64,000 bases of DNA from an uncultured Clostridia bacterium. GTDB taxonomy: Bacteria > Bacillota > Clostridia > Oscillospirales > Oscillospiraceae. Position numbers and translations under genes: made by a program. A model generated the notes under the pieces. It made no database searches, was not told where the DNA came from, and saw only the letters and a program-made list of their open reading frames with translations. The stretch covers positions 69,107 through 133,106 of the forward strand of contig CAMVAV010000001.1 of assembly GCA_947165595.1 (NCBI GenBank), given 5' to 3'. Each line of letters starts with the position of its first letter. Positions within the stretch are counted from its first letter, which is position 1. Below, piece after piece: positions 8,693 to 17,012 of this stretch.

Positions 8693-9781
8693 TCAGCGCG
8701 CGGCGACCGTCGGCACGTCGCGCAGCGGAACGAGGAAGCGCGCGTCCCCGTCCGACGCCGTGCCCGGCTTGACGATCTCCCTCACGGCGGGCTTCGGCTC
8801 CGGCTCCGGTTCCTCCTGCTTTGCGGCAGGCACGGCGCTGCGCCCGAATTGCAGCAGGTAATCGCGCCATAGCGGGTAATACGGCGCCATGACGTGCACG
8901 CCGTCGCCGGTGTAGGAGGACGTCAGCGCGCCGTTTTCGTCGTCAAAGACGGCGTTGCAGTCGATGAAGAAAACGTGCTCGCCGTCCGCGATGTGAGAGA
9001 TCGCCTCGTTGCGCTCGTTGATGACCTCGTTTTTAAATACGGAGTTATCCGACTTGCGCTGCGAGGTGTGGAAGATCGCCTGGATGTAAATCAGCGCGTC
9101 GGGCTGAAGCTCCCGTATCTGCGCGACGACGGCGGCGTACTGCCCGGCAAAGCTCTCCGTCGTGCCGCAGGCGATCTCGTTGATGCCGAGCATGATGTAG
9201 ATCTTCCCGAACCGGTTTTGCGCCAGCGCCTCGGGGATCGTCATTTTGCCGCCGACAACGTTTTTCTTCATGATCGACCAGACGTCCACGCCGCGCTTAT
9301 AGTAATACGTGGCGTTGGGCAGGATGCCGTAGTCGCAGAGCCCCTCGGTGTGGGAATCGCCGATGAAGAGCGCGTCGTCGAACCAGCTCTCGTCCACCGT
9401 GACGAACTCGTCGGCGGGTTCCTCCGCCGCTTCCTCCGCCGGCTCCTCCGGCGCGGCAAAATCGGCGGGAACGGGCGCCGGCGTCTCCGGCGCGGCAAAG
9501 GGCTCGCTTTCGCCGATGGAGGCGCGCATCTCCTCGTCGGTGACGCTTTCGTTCAGGGGTCGGTACACGGGGGACTGCGGAACAGGCTCGGACGCGGTGA
9601 AGGGCGTCCAGGGATAGACGCCGTCCTGCGCGGCGGCAAACACCGCGGCGATCGTGGGCGTGCCGCGCTCGAGCGAAGCGATATAATCCGTATAGACGCC
9701 GCCGGGGTTCCACAGGGAGACCGCGCTGAGCACGGCCGCCGCGGCGGCGCAGAGCCAAACCAGAGGGGATGAACGTTTCAT
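8693..9781 (-). CDS. SGNH/GDSL hydrolase-family exported protein (O-acylation partner)
   Basis: FIGDSH, MLGINE and DGVH blocks; N-terminal signal/TM; adjacent to MBOAT gene. Confidence 0.85.
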   Translation of the reverse strand: MKRSSPLVWLCAAAAAVLSAVSLWNPGGVYTDYIASLERGTPTIAAVFAAAQDGVYPWTPFTASEPVPQSPVYRPLNESVTDEEMRASIGESEPFAAPETPAPVPADFAAPEEPAEEAAEEPADEFVTVDESWFDDALFIGDSHTEGLCDYGILPNATYYYKRGVDVWSIMKKNVVGGKMTIPEALAQNRFGKIYIMLGINEIACGTTESFAGQYAAVVAQIRELQPDALIYIQAIFHTSQRKSDNSVFKNEVINERNEAISHIADGEHVFFIDCNAVFDDENGALTSSYTGDGVHVMAPYYPLWRDYLLQFGRSAVPAAKQEEPEPEPKPAVREIVKPGTASDGDARFLVPLRDVPTVAAR

Positions 9782-9803
9782 AGATCGGAAGACCTCGAAT
9801 CCG

Positions 9804-11192
9804 TTAGAATCTGAAGTAGAGAAACGCGCTGCCGGAGCCCGTGGAGAGGAAGTACACGCTCAGCCAGAAGAGGGCGAAGAGCGGCACCCAGACCAGCGCG
9901 CTGCCGCGCGAGCTCTCGTACCGGCGCCGCGGCCAGGGCAGGCACAGGAAGATACCGACGGCAAACAGCCACCAGTAGGAGCTGAGATATTTGTAAAAAT
10001 CGCCGTAGTTGATCGCGTCCGCATTGCCGAAAAACGGGTACAGCCGCCGGAAATACGCCGCGAGGCGGGGCAGGTCCTCTATGCGGAAGATCACCCAGGT
10101 CTGCACGATCACAAACAGCAGATAGAGGTGCGGCAGCACGCGCAGCCGGCCGAACGCGCGGCGGAGAAGCAGCTTTTCGAGCGCGATGAACACGAACAGC
10201 ACGCCGCCCCAGACGAGATAGTTGAGCGTCGGCCCGTGCCAGAGGCCCGTCAGCAGCCACACCACCGCCAGAGACAGGAGCGTGCGCGCCGTGCCGTGCC
10301 GGCTGCCGCCGAGCGGGATGTAGAGATAGTCGCGGAACCACGCGCCGAGCGTCATGTGCCAGCGGCGGTAAAATTCGCTGACCGAGCGGGCGAGATACGG
10401 CTCGTCAAAGTTGCGCGCCACCGGCAGCGCGAGCATCCGTCCCAGCCCCGTCGCCATCAGGGAGTAGCCGTAGAAGTCGAAGTAGAGCTGCAGGCTGTAG
10501 CCCACCGCGCCCAGCCATGCCAGCGGCGTGGAGATGTAGTCGAAGCCGATGCGCTCGAGCACGACCCAGAGGTAGGCAAGCTGGTCGGCAAGCAGCACCT
10601 TGAACGAGAGTCCGAGTGCGAAGAGCATAAAACCCTGCTCGACGTCCTCGCGCCCCGGCTTGCGCTCCTTGAGCGCGCCGCGCAGGTCGCCGTAGCGCAG
10701 GATGGGTCCCATCGTCAGCTGCGGGAACGCGGCGACGAACGCGCCGAAGTCGATGAAATTCGTCTCCGCCTCCGTGTCGCCGCGGCAAACGTCGATCAGA
10801 TACGCCGCCATCTGGAACACGTAAAAGCTCACGCCCAGCGGCATCGCGACGCGAAGCAGCGGATAGTCCCGGCGCAGCGCGGAGCCGAGCGCCGCGAGCA
10901 CGGGGTTGAAATACTTGAGGAAAAAGAGCGCGCCGAGGTCCAGCAGCAGCCCCAGCGCCAGATAGGCGCGCCGCAGCACGACGTCCCCCTCCGGCATCCA
11001 GCGGGCGAAAAGATAGTTCAAAAGCGTCAGCGCGAACAACATGGCGGCGGCTTCCAGCCCCGCTCCGAAGGCGTAAACTCCCAGGCTGCCCACAAGGAGC
11101 AGCGTGTTGCGCAGCCTGGAGGGCGCAATGCCGTGCAGCAGCACGAACGGCGGGAGAAAAAAGAAAATAAATCGCAGATCAGAAAAGCTCAC
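9804..11192 (-). CDS. MBOAT family O-acyltransferase (AlgI/DltB/PatA-like)
   Basis: PLGVSFY, GPILRY, YSLQLYFDF, RRWHMTLGAWFRDYLYIPLGG, GLWHG; likely GTG start at 11192. Confidence 0.92.
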   Translation of the reverse strand: MSFSDLRFIFFFLPPFVLLHGIAPSRLRNTLLLVGSLGVYAFGAGLEAAAMLFALTLLNYLFARWMPEGDVVLRRAYLALGLLLDLGALFFLKYFNPVLAALGSALRRDYPLLRVAMPLGVSFYVFQMAAYLIDVCRGDTEAETNFIDFGAFVAAFPQLTMGPILRYGDLRGALKERKPGREDVEQGFMLFALGLSFKVLLADQLAYLWVVLERIGFDYISTPLAWLGAVGYSLQLYFDFYGYSLMATGLGRMLALPVARNFDEPYLARSVSEFYRRWHMTLGAWFRDYLYIPLGGSRHGTARTLLSLAVVWLLTGLWHGPTLNYLVWGGVLFVFIALEKLLLRRAFGRLRVLPHLYLLFVIVQTWVIFRIEDLPRLAAYFRRLYPFFGNADAINYGDFYKYLSSYWWLFAVGIFLCLPWPRRRYESSRGSALVWVPLFALFWLSVYFLSTGSGSAFLYFRF

Positions 11193-11297
11193 AACTCGAT
11201 CCTTGTCAAAAAATGTCGAAATCCGAATAATATTGTACCCCATATTTTGTGACAGGGCAAGGGGTAAGACACAAGAAACATGGAAAAATTCCGCCGT

Positions 11298-11351
11298 TCG
11301 TCAACGCCGCGGCTATTCAAGGTTTACAAAAAAGGCGGGATGTTGTATAAT
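11298..11351 (+). promoter_or_regulatory. birA promoter with a possible BirA operator
   Basis: TTTACA(11323)-17 bp-TATAAT(11346); cGTCAAC-N16-GTTTACA resembles the BirA box. Confidence 0.5.
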
Positions 11352-11432
11352 CCATTAAAAACCGTGCCGGAGGGCTTGTCAATTTCAAAACGGTAACAGA
11401 TTCGGTAACATTCGGTAACAGGAGGCAGGGAT

Positions 11433-12434
11433 ATGAGCAAGCAAAGCGTGCTGCGGCTGCTCCAGGCGAGCGCCGGGCAATTTGTATCCGGCGAGGGGAT
11501 CAGCAGCGAGCTGGGCATCACACGCGCGGCGGTGTGGAAGGCGGTCGACGCCCTGCGGCGCGACGGCTATGAGATCGAGGCGCGCAAGAGCCAGGGCTAC
11601 CGGCTGACGGTGGCGCCGGACCGCCTGAGCGAGACGGAGATCCGCGCCTGTCTGGGCGAGACGAAGCTGGTGGGGCGCAAGCTGGTGTGCTTCGACCGCA
11701 TCGACTCGACCAACGCCTGGCTCAAGCGCGCCGCCTCCGAGGGGGTCGCGGACGGTACGGTCGCCGTCGCGGACGAGCAGACCGCCGGCAAGGGGCGCCG
11801 GGGCCGCGGCTTTCTCAGCCCCCCGGGCAAGGGCGTGTTCCTCTCCGTGCTGATGCGTCCCCCCGTGGAGCCGACGCGCCTGCTGCCGATCACCGGCTTC
11901 GGCGCGGTGGCGGTGTGCAACGCGGTGGAGCGCACGGCGGGCGTGCGTCCGCAGATCAAGTGGGCGAACGATCTGGTGCTCGGCGGCAAAAAGCTCTGCG
12001 GCATCCTGACGGAGCTGAGCATGGAGGGCGAAAGCGGCGCGCTGCAGTACGCCATCATGGGCATCGGCGTCAACGTCTCCCACACGGCGGCGGATTTCGG
12101 CCCGGAGCTGGCGAATATCGCCACGTCGCTTACGGCGGAGACGGGGCAAAGCGTCTCCCGCGCCGCGCTGGCGGCGGCGATGATCGAGGAGCTGGACGCG
12201 CTCTACATGGCGCTGCTGCGGCACCGGATGCAGCCCTATCTCGACGCTTACCGCCGCGACTGCCTGACCATCGGGCGCGAGGTGCAGCTGCTGTGGGAGG
12301 ACGTGCACGAGAAGGTGCTCGCCACCGGCGTGGACGACGAGCTCGGACTGCAGGTGACGCGGCAGAACGGCACGCAGGAGACCATCCGCACGGGCGAGGT
12401 CTCGGTCCGCGGCCTGTACGGCTACGTGGAATAA
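11433..12434 (+). CDS. birA: Bifunctional biotin ligase/repressor
   Basis: N-terminal HTH (SGEGISSELGITRAAVWKAV), DSTN, QTAGKGRRGR, KWANDL, KLCGILTE. Confidence 0.95.
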   Translation: MSKQSVLRLLQASAGQFVSGEGISSELGITRAAVWKAVDALRRDGYEIEARKSQGYRLTVAPDRLSETEIRACLGETKLVGRKLVCFDRIDSTNAWLKRAASEGVADGTVAVADEQTAGKGRRGRGFLSPPGKGVFLSVLMRPPVEPTRLLPITGFGAVAVCNAVERTAGVRPQIKWANDLVLGGKKLCGILTELSMEGESGALQYAIMGIGVNVSHTAADFGPELANIATSLTAETGQSVSRAALAAAMIEELDALYMALLRHRMQPYLDAYRRDCLTIGREVQLLWEDVHEKVLATGVDDELGLQVTRQNGTQETIRTGEVSVRGLYGYVE

Positions 12435-12458
12435 GGCAAAAGCACAGGGAGGCCTGAG

Positions 12459-13022
12459 ATGTTCAAAAAGCTTGCGGAGCTGTTCCTCACCTTTGCCAAG
12501 GTGGGGGTGATGACCTTCGGCGGCGGATACGCCATGCTGCCCATTTTGCAGCGCGAGATCGTGGAAAGCAAGGGCTGGGCGACGGAGGAGGAGCTGGCGG
12601 ACTACTTCGCCATCGGCCAGTGTACGCCCGGCGTGATCGCCGTGAACACGGCGACCTTCATCGGGCGGAAGAAGGACGGCATCCCCGGCGGCGTCTGCGC
12701 GACGCTGGGCGTCGTGTTCCCGTCCATCGTCATCATCTCCCTGCTGGCGGGCGTCATCACCGCCTTTTCGGAGCTGGCGTGGGTGAAAAACGCCTTTGCC
12801 GGCGTGCGCGTCTGCGTGTGCGTGCTGATCGGCAACGCCGTGTGGAAGCTGGGCAAAAAGTCCGTCGTCGATCCGTGGACGGCGGCGCTCTTCGCGCTGA
12901 TCGCCGCGGGCGCGATCCTGACGAGCTGGTCGCCCGTGGTGTTCGTCCTGTTCGCGGCGCTGTGCGGCGTCGTGCTGAAGGTGCTGCTGCACGTCCCCGG
13001 GAAGGACGGTGCGTCGAAATGA
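12459..13022 (+). CDS. chrA: Chromate transporter, short-chain subunit
   Basis: TFGGGYAM, GQCTPGVIAVN motifs. Confidence 0.9.
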   Translation: MFKKLAELFLTFAKVGVMTFGGGYAMLPILQREIVESKGWATEEELADYFAIGQCTPGVIAVNTATFIGRKKDGIPGGVCATLGVVFPSIVIISLLAGVITAFSELAWVKNAFAGVRVCVCVLIGNAVWKLGKKSVVDPWTAALFALIAAGAILTSWSPVVFVLFAALCGVVLKVLLHVPGKDGASK

Positions 13023-13576
13023 TCCTTCTTCGCCTTTTCTGGGAGTTCTTTCAGACGGGGCTCTTCGCGGTCGGCGGCGGCATGGCGACCCTGCCGTTTC
13101 TCTACGACATCTCCGACCGCACGGGCTGGTTCACCCACGCGCAGCTGGCGGACATGGTGGCGGTCTCGGAGTCGACGCCCGGCCCCATCGGCGTCAATAT
13201 GGCGACCTACGTCGGGTTCCTGACCGCCGGCATCGGCGGCGCGGTCGTGGCGACGCTCGGGCTCATCGCGCCGAGCATCCTCGTGATCCTGCTCATCTCC
13301 GTGTTTCTGGACAAATTTCGGGACAGCCGCCTCGTGAACGCCGCGTTCTACGGCCTGCGCCCCGCCTCGACCGCCATGATCCTCGCCGCGCTCGTGCTGG
13401 TGGTGAAGGCGACGTTTTTGCCGAACGGGCTCGCCGTTCCCGACTGGAGGCTGCTGGTGCTGGCGGCGGTGCTGCTGGCGCTGACCAACGCGGTCAAGCA
13501 GACGAAGAAGCTGCACCCGATCGTCTTCATCCTCGGCTCCGCCGTCGTCGGCGCGCTCCTTCGCCTCGCGGAATGA
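13019..13576 (+). CDS. chrA: Chromate transporter, second short-chain subunit
   Basis: AVGGGMAT, SESTPGPIGVNMATY; ATGA overlap with the previous gene. Confidence 0.9.
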   Translation: MILLRLFWEFFQTGLFAVGGGMATLPFLYDISDRTGWFTHAQLADMVAVSESTPGPIGVNMATYVGFLTAGIGGAVVATLGLIAPSILVILLISVFLDKFRDSRLVNAAFYGLRPASTAMILAALVLVVKATFLPNGLAVPDWRLLVLAAVLLALTNAVKQTKKLHPIVFILGSAVVGALLRLAE

Positions 13577-13581
13577 CAAAA

Positions 13582-13620
13582 AAGTGGATGTGAAAAAACC
13601 GCGTTTTTTCACATCCACTT
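13582..13620. terminator. Bidirectional terminator hairpin
   Basis: Perfect 18-bp stem with 3-nt loop between convergent chrA and argF. Confidence 0.75.
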
Positions 13621-13649
13621 ATGGGTTCCTGTCAGTGTGGAGCGCGATG

Positions 13650-14645
13650 TCACACGCTCCCGATCGTGGCGACGATCACCGCCTTGATGGTGTGCATACG
13701 GTTCTCCGCCTCGTCGAACACCTTGCTGTTCGGCGAGAGGAACACCTCGTCCGTGACCTCGCGGATATCGTAGCCGAGCGCCATCTGCTCCTTCGCCATC
13801 TTGGTCTCGAAGTCGTGGAAGGAGGGCAGGCAGTGCAGGAAGATGCAGTCCGGATTCTCCGTGGCGTCCAGGACCTCCTTCGTTATGCGGTAGGGCGTGA
13901 GCAGCTTCACGCGCTCGGGGATCTTGTCCTCCTCGCCCATGGACGCCCAGATGTCGGTGTAGAGCGCGTCCGCGCCCTTGAGCAGCTCGCGGCTCTCGCC
14001 GAACTCGATCACCGCGCCCGTCTCCTTGGCGACGGTCCGGCAGTAGCTCACCACGTCCTCCGCCGGGGCAAGCTCGGCGGGGCCCCAGCCCGCGTAGTGC
14101 ATCCCCAGCTTGGCGCAGATGTACATCAGGCAGTACGCCACGTTGTTGCGCGTGTCGCCGCAGAAGACCAGCTTGCACTTGTTGAGCGGCTTTTTGGTGT
14201 TCTCCGTCAGCGTCAGGATGTCGGACAGGGCCTGCGTCGGGTGGTCGATGTCGGTCAGCCCGTTCCAGACCGGCACGCCGGCGTTCTTGGCCAGGCACTC
14301 GACCACCTCCTGATCGTAGCCGCGGTATTCGATCCCGTCGAAAAGGCGTCCAAGCACCTTCGCGCTGTCCGCCATCGACTCCTTCTTCCCCACCTGGGAG
14401 GACTTGGAATCGAGGAACGTGACGTGTCCGCCCTCGTCATGCGCCGCGATCTCGAAGGAGCAGCGCGTGCGGGTCGAGGTCTTCTCAAACAGGAGGACGA
14501 TGTTTTTGCCCTCCAGCGTATTGCCGCGGATGCCGGCGCGCTTTTTCGCCTTGAGGTCGGCGGCGAGATGCAGCAGATAGCGGATCTCGTCGGGGGTGAA
14601 GTCCTTGAGCGTCAGAAAATTGCGTCCTTTCAGATTGACGGCCAT
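13650..14645 (-). CDS. argF: Ornithine carbamoyltransferase
   Basis: STRTR, HPTQ, SMG, HCLP, AENRMHT motifs. Confidence 0.95.
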   Translation of the reverse strand: MAVNLKGRNFLTLKDFTPDEIRYLLHLAADLKAKKRAGIRGNTLEGKNIVLLFEKTSTRTRCSFEIAAHDEGGHVTFLDSKSSQVGKKESMADSAKVLGRLFDGIEYRGYDQEVVECLAKNAGVPVWNGLTDIDHPTQALSDILTLTENTKKPLNKCKLVFCGDTRNNVAYCLMYICAKLGMHYAGWGPAELAPAEDVVSYCRTVAKETGAVIEFGESRELLKGADALYTDIWASMGEEDKIPERVKLLTPYRITKEVLDATENPDCIFLHCLPSFHDFETKMAKEQMALGYDIREVTDEVFLSPNSKVFDEAENRMHTIKAVIVATIGSV

Positions 14646-14705
14646 GTGTGTATCCTCCTTATTCAAATAAAACGTATAATTATCTGTTTTCCCAGCCGCG
14701 CCGGG

Positions 14706-15155
14706 TCACTTGCAAAGCTCGTTGATCTCCGCGCACAGCGCCTTCGCCGCCTCGTCGCTCCGCATGACGGCGATCACCGTATCGTCGCCGCAGACACAGC
14801 CGAGCATCTGCGGGTCGGTCCTCGCGTCCAGCGCCGCGCCGGCGGCGTTGGCAAGCCCCGGCATGGTCCTGAGCACGAGAAGGTTCTGCGCGCATTCGCA
14901 GGCGGTGCAGCACTCGCGCAGGATGCGCTGCAGCCGGTCCGAGGAATCCAGCTCCGCCTTCGTCTTGGACACGGCGTAGCGGTAGGTCCCGCCGGAGAGC
15001 TCCTTGATGAGGTGGAGCTGCTTGATGTCCCGCGAGACCGTGGACTGCGTGCACCGGATGCCGCAGCTCTCCAGCCTCTCGATCAGCTCCTCCTGCGTCT
15101 CCACGCTGTGCTGGGCGATGATCTCCAGGATTTTCTCCTGACGTCGGTTCTTCAT
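14706..15155 (-). CDS. argR: Arginine repressor
   Basis: TQEEL, TQSTVSRDIK, GDDT motifs; ATG at 15155. Confidence 0.93.
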   Translation of the reverse strand: MKNRRQEKILEIIAQHSVETQEELIERLESCGIRCTQSTVSRDIKQLHLIKELSGGTYRYAVSKTKAELDSSDRLQRILRECCTACECAQNLLVLRTMPGLANAAGAALDARTDPQMLGCVCGDDTVIAVMRSDEAAKALCAEINELCK

Positions 15156-15221
15156 GTCCGAGCTCCTTCCCGCGCCGTCCGGGCGAAGGGCGCCCACGCT
15201 CCGGCTGTCTTTTGAACTGTT

Positions 15222-15256
15222 TGAATAATTATAGCGCGCGGATGCAAAAATGGCAA
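15222..15256 (-). promoter_or_regulatory. argR promoter overlapped by an ARG box
   Basis: TTGCCA-17 bp-TATAAT on the minus strand; TGAATAATTATAGC overlaps the -10. Confidence 0.65.
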
Positions 15257-15305
15257 GCGCGAAATGGCATAGAATGCGAATAAAATTCAGGCATTTTCCG
15301 GTCAG

Positions 15306-15323
15306 ATTGCATAAATATGATTT
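15306..15323. promoter_or_regulatory. ARG box
   Basis: TGCATAAATATGAT matches 12/14 of TGMATAWWWATKCA. Confidence 0.5.
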
Positions 15324-15398
15324 TTGCCAGCTCTTTATATCCGTGCGGAGCTCTGCTATAATCACGCCGGATCAAACAACGGGAGGGATGGAACGCCT

Positions 15399-16952
15399 AT
15401 GGCGGGCTTCAGAAGCCGGTACACGGCGAACAACGCGGACATCGGCGAGATGTGCGGCCGCATCGAGCGGTTTCTCGCGGAGCAGGAGCTCGGCGCGCGC
15501 GAAACGGAGCGGCTGTGCCTGACGATGGAGCGCCTGCTGCGGCGCATCGGCGAACGGATGGGCTGGGGCACTCCCTGCGAGCTGACGCTGGAGCGCCGGC
15601 TCGGGCGCGCCCGCGTGCTGCTGCGCTATCCGGGGGACGCGTTCGACCCCACGCTGATCGGGCGGGAGAGCGAGGGCGACGGGTGGAGCGCGCAGCTTCT
15701 GGCGGATCTGGGGCTCGTGCCGGAATGGAGCTGGCGCAGGGGCGTGAACCGCCTGACGCTGCGCCCGCGCGGGAAGGAGCGGAGCCGGCTTCTGCTCACG
15801 CTTCCGGCGCTCGCCCTCGGGGCTCTGCTGTACCTCGCCCTGCGCGCGCTGCCGGACGGTATGGCGGAGGCTGCCGACGCCTTTCTGCTCGCGCCGCTGT
15901 GCGGGGCGTTCGTCGCCGCGGCGGGGCTGTTCGCGCGCCTCGCGGTCTTCTTCTCTGCGGCGACGATCGTCTGCGGCGTCGGTGACACGACGGCGCTCGG
16001 ACGTATGGGGCGGCTGGTTCCCGCGCGCGGGATCGGGCTCACCCTGCTGTGGACGATGCTCTCCGCCGCCGGTACGACGGCGCTGCTCCGCCCCGCGTTT
16101 TCCCCGCCGGTGCCCGGCTCGCTGCTGCGCGCCGCAGTGCCGAAGGACCCGTTTTCCCCGTTTGCGGCGGGCGGCGCGGGACAGCTCGTGTTCCTCGCGC
16201 TCGTCTGCGGCGCGGCGCTCCTTTCGCTCGGCGGACGCGCGGGACGCGCGCGGGAGTGGGCGGAGCAGTGCGGCGCGCTGCTCGCCGCCGTTACGCGGGG
16301 GCTCTGCCGCCTGCTTCCCGGCTTCGTCTGCCTCGCCCTGACGCGCGCGCTGCTGACGGGCGGCGCGGCGGCGCTCCTTCCCCTGTGGAAGCCGCTCGCC
16401 GCTTCCGCCGTCGGTCTGTCGATCCTCGTCGCGGCAAAGCTTCTTCTCGTCTGCCTTCGGCTGCGCGTCACGCCGCGGCGGCTGCTGCGAGCGCTGCTGC
16501 CGCCGGTCCGGGCGGCGTTTCTCAGCGCGTCCGGCGACGCCGCCTTCGGGCGGAGTCTGGACGCTTGTGAAAACGACCTCGGCGTCTCGCACGAGCTGGC
16601 GCTCAACGCGCTGCCCATCGGCGGCGTCCTCTGCGTTCCCGCCGCCGCGCTCTGCGTCCCCGCCGTCGCGCTCGCGCTCGCCGCGGCGCAGGGCCAGGCG
16701 GCGGACGTGACGCGGCTCGTTCTGCTGGTCCCGCTCGGCGCGGTTCTCGCCATGGCTGTCCCCCGCGCGCCCGGTCCGCTCTGGCTCACGCTGCTCCTGC
16801 TGCTCCCCGGACCGGAGGACGCGGCGGCAGCGGCGCTGCTGTGCGTCCTGCTCGAGCCGCTCGCCGCGGCGGCGGACACGCTGTATCTCCCGGCGGAGCT
16901 CGCGGTGCAGGCGGACCGGCTCGACCTTCTCGGCGACGCGCTCTACGAATGA
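15399..16952 (+). CDS. Divergent dicarboxylate/amino acid:cation symporter (DAACS) with extra N-terminal soluble domain
   Basis: Polytopic C-terminal region with DAACS-like layout; about 130-aa N-terminal domain containing YPGDAFDPT. Confidence 0.65.
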   Translation: MAGFRSRYTANNADIGEMCGRIERFLAEQELGARETERLCLTMERLLRRIGERMGWGTPCELTLERRLGRARVLLRYPGDAFDPTLIGRESEGDGWSAQLLADLGLVPEWSWRRGVNRLTLRPRGKERSRLLLTLPALALGALLYLALRALPDGMAEAADAFLLAPLCGAFVAAAGLFARLAVFFSAATIVCGVGDTTALGRMGRLVPARGIGLTLLWTMLSAAGTTALLRPAFSPPVPGSLLRAAVPKDPFSPFAAGGAGQLVFLALVCGAALLSLGGRAGRAREWAEQCGALLAAVTRGLCRLLPGFVCLALTRALLTGGAAALLPLWKPLAASAVGLSILVAAKLLLVCLRLRVTPRRLLRALLPPVRAAFLSASGDAAFGRSLDACENDLGVSHELALNALPIGGVLCVPAAALCVPAVALALAAAQGQAADVTRLVLLVPLGAVLAMAVPRAPGPLWLTLLLLLPGPEDAAAAALLCVLLEPLAAAADTLYLPAELAVQADRLDLLGDALYE

Positions 16953-16968
16953 CCCGATAAACAGACAC

Positions 16969-16996
16969 AGCCCCGCGCCGTCATCGGCGCGGGGCT
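16969..16996. terminator. Hairpin between convergent genes
   Basis: AGCCCCGCGCCG-TCAT-CGGCGCGGGGCT. Confidence 0.7.
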
Positions 16997-17012
16997 TAAA
17001 GCATGCTTTGTA

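Noticed and set aside
14706-15365. 219-aa version of ArgR
   Set aside because: The extension crosses the promoter and ARG boxes; the real start is ATG 15155.
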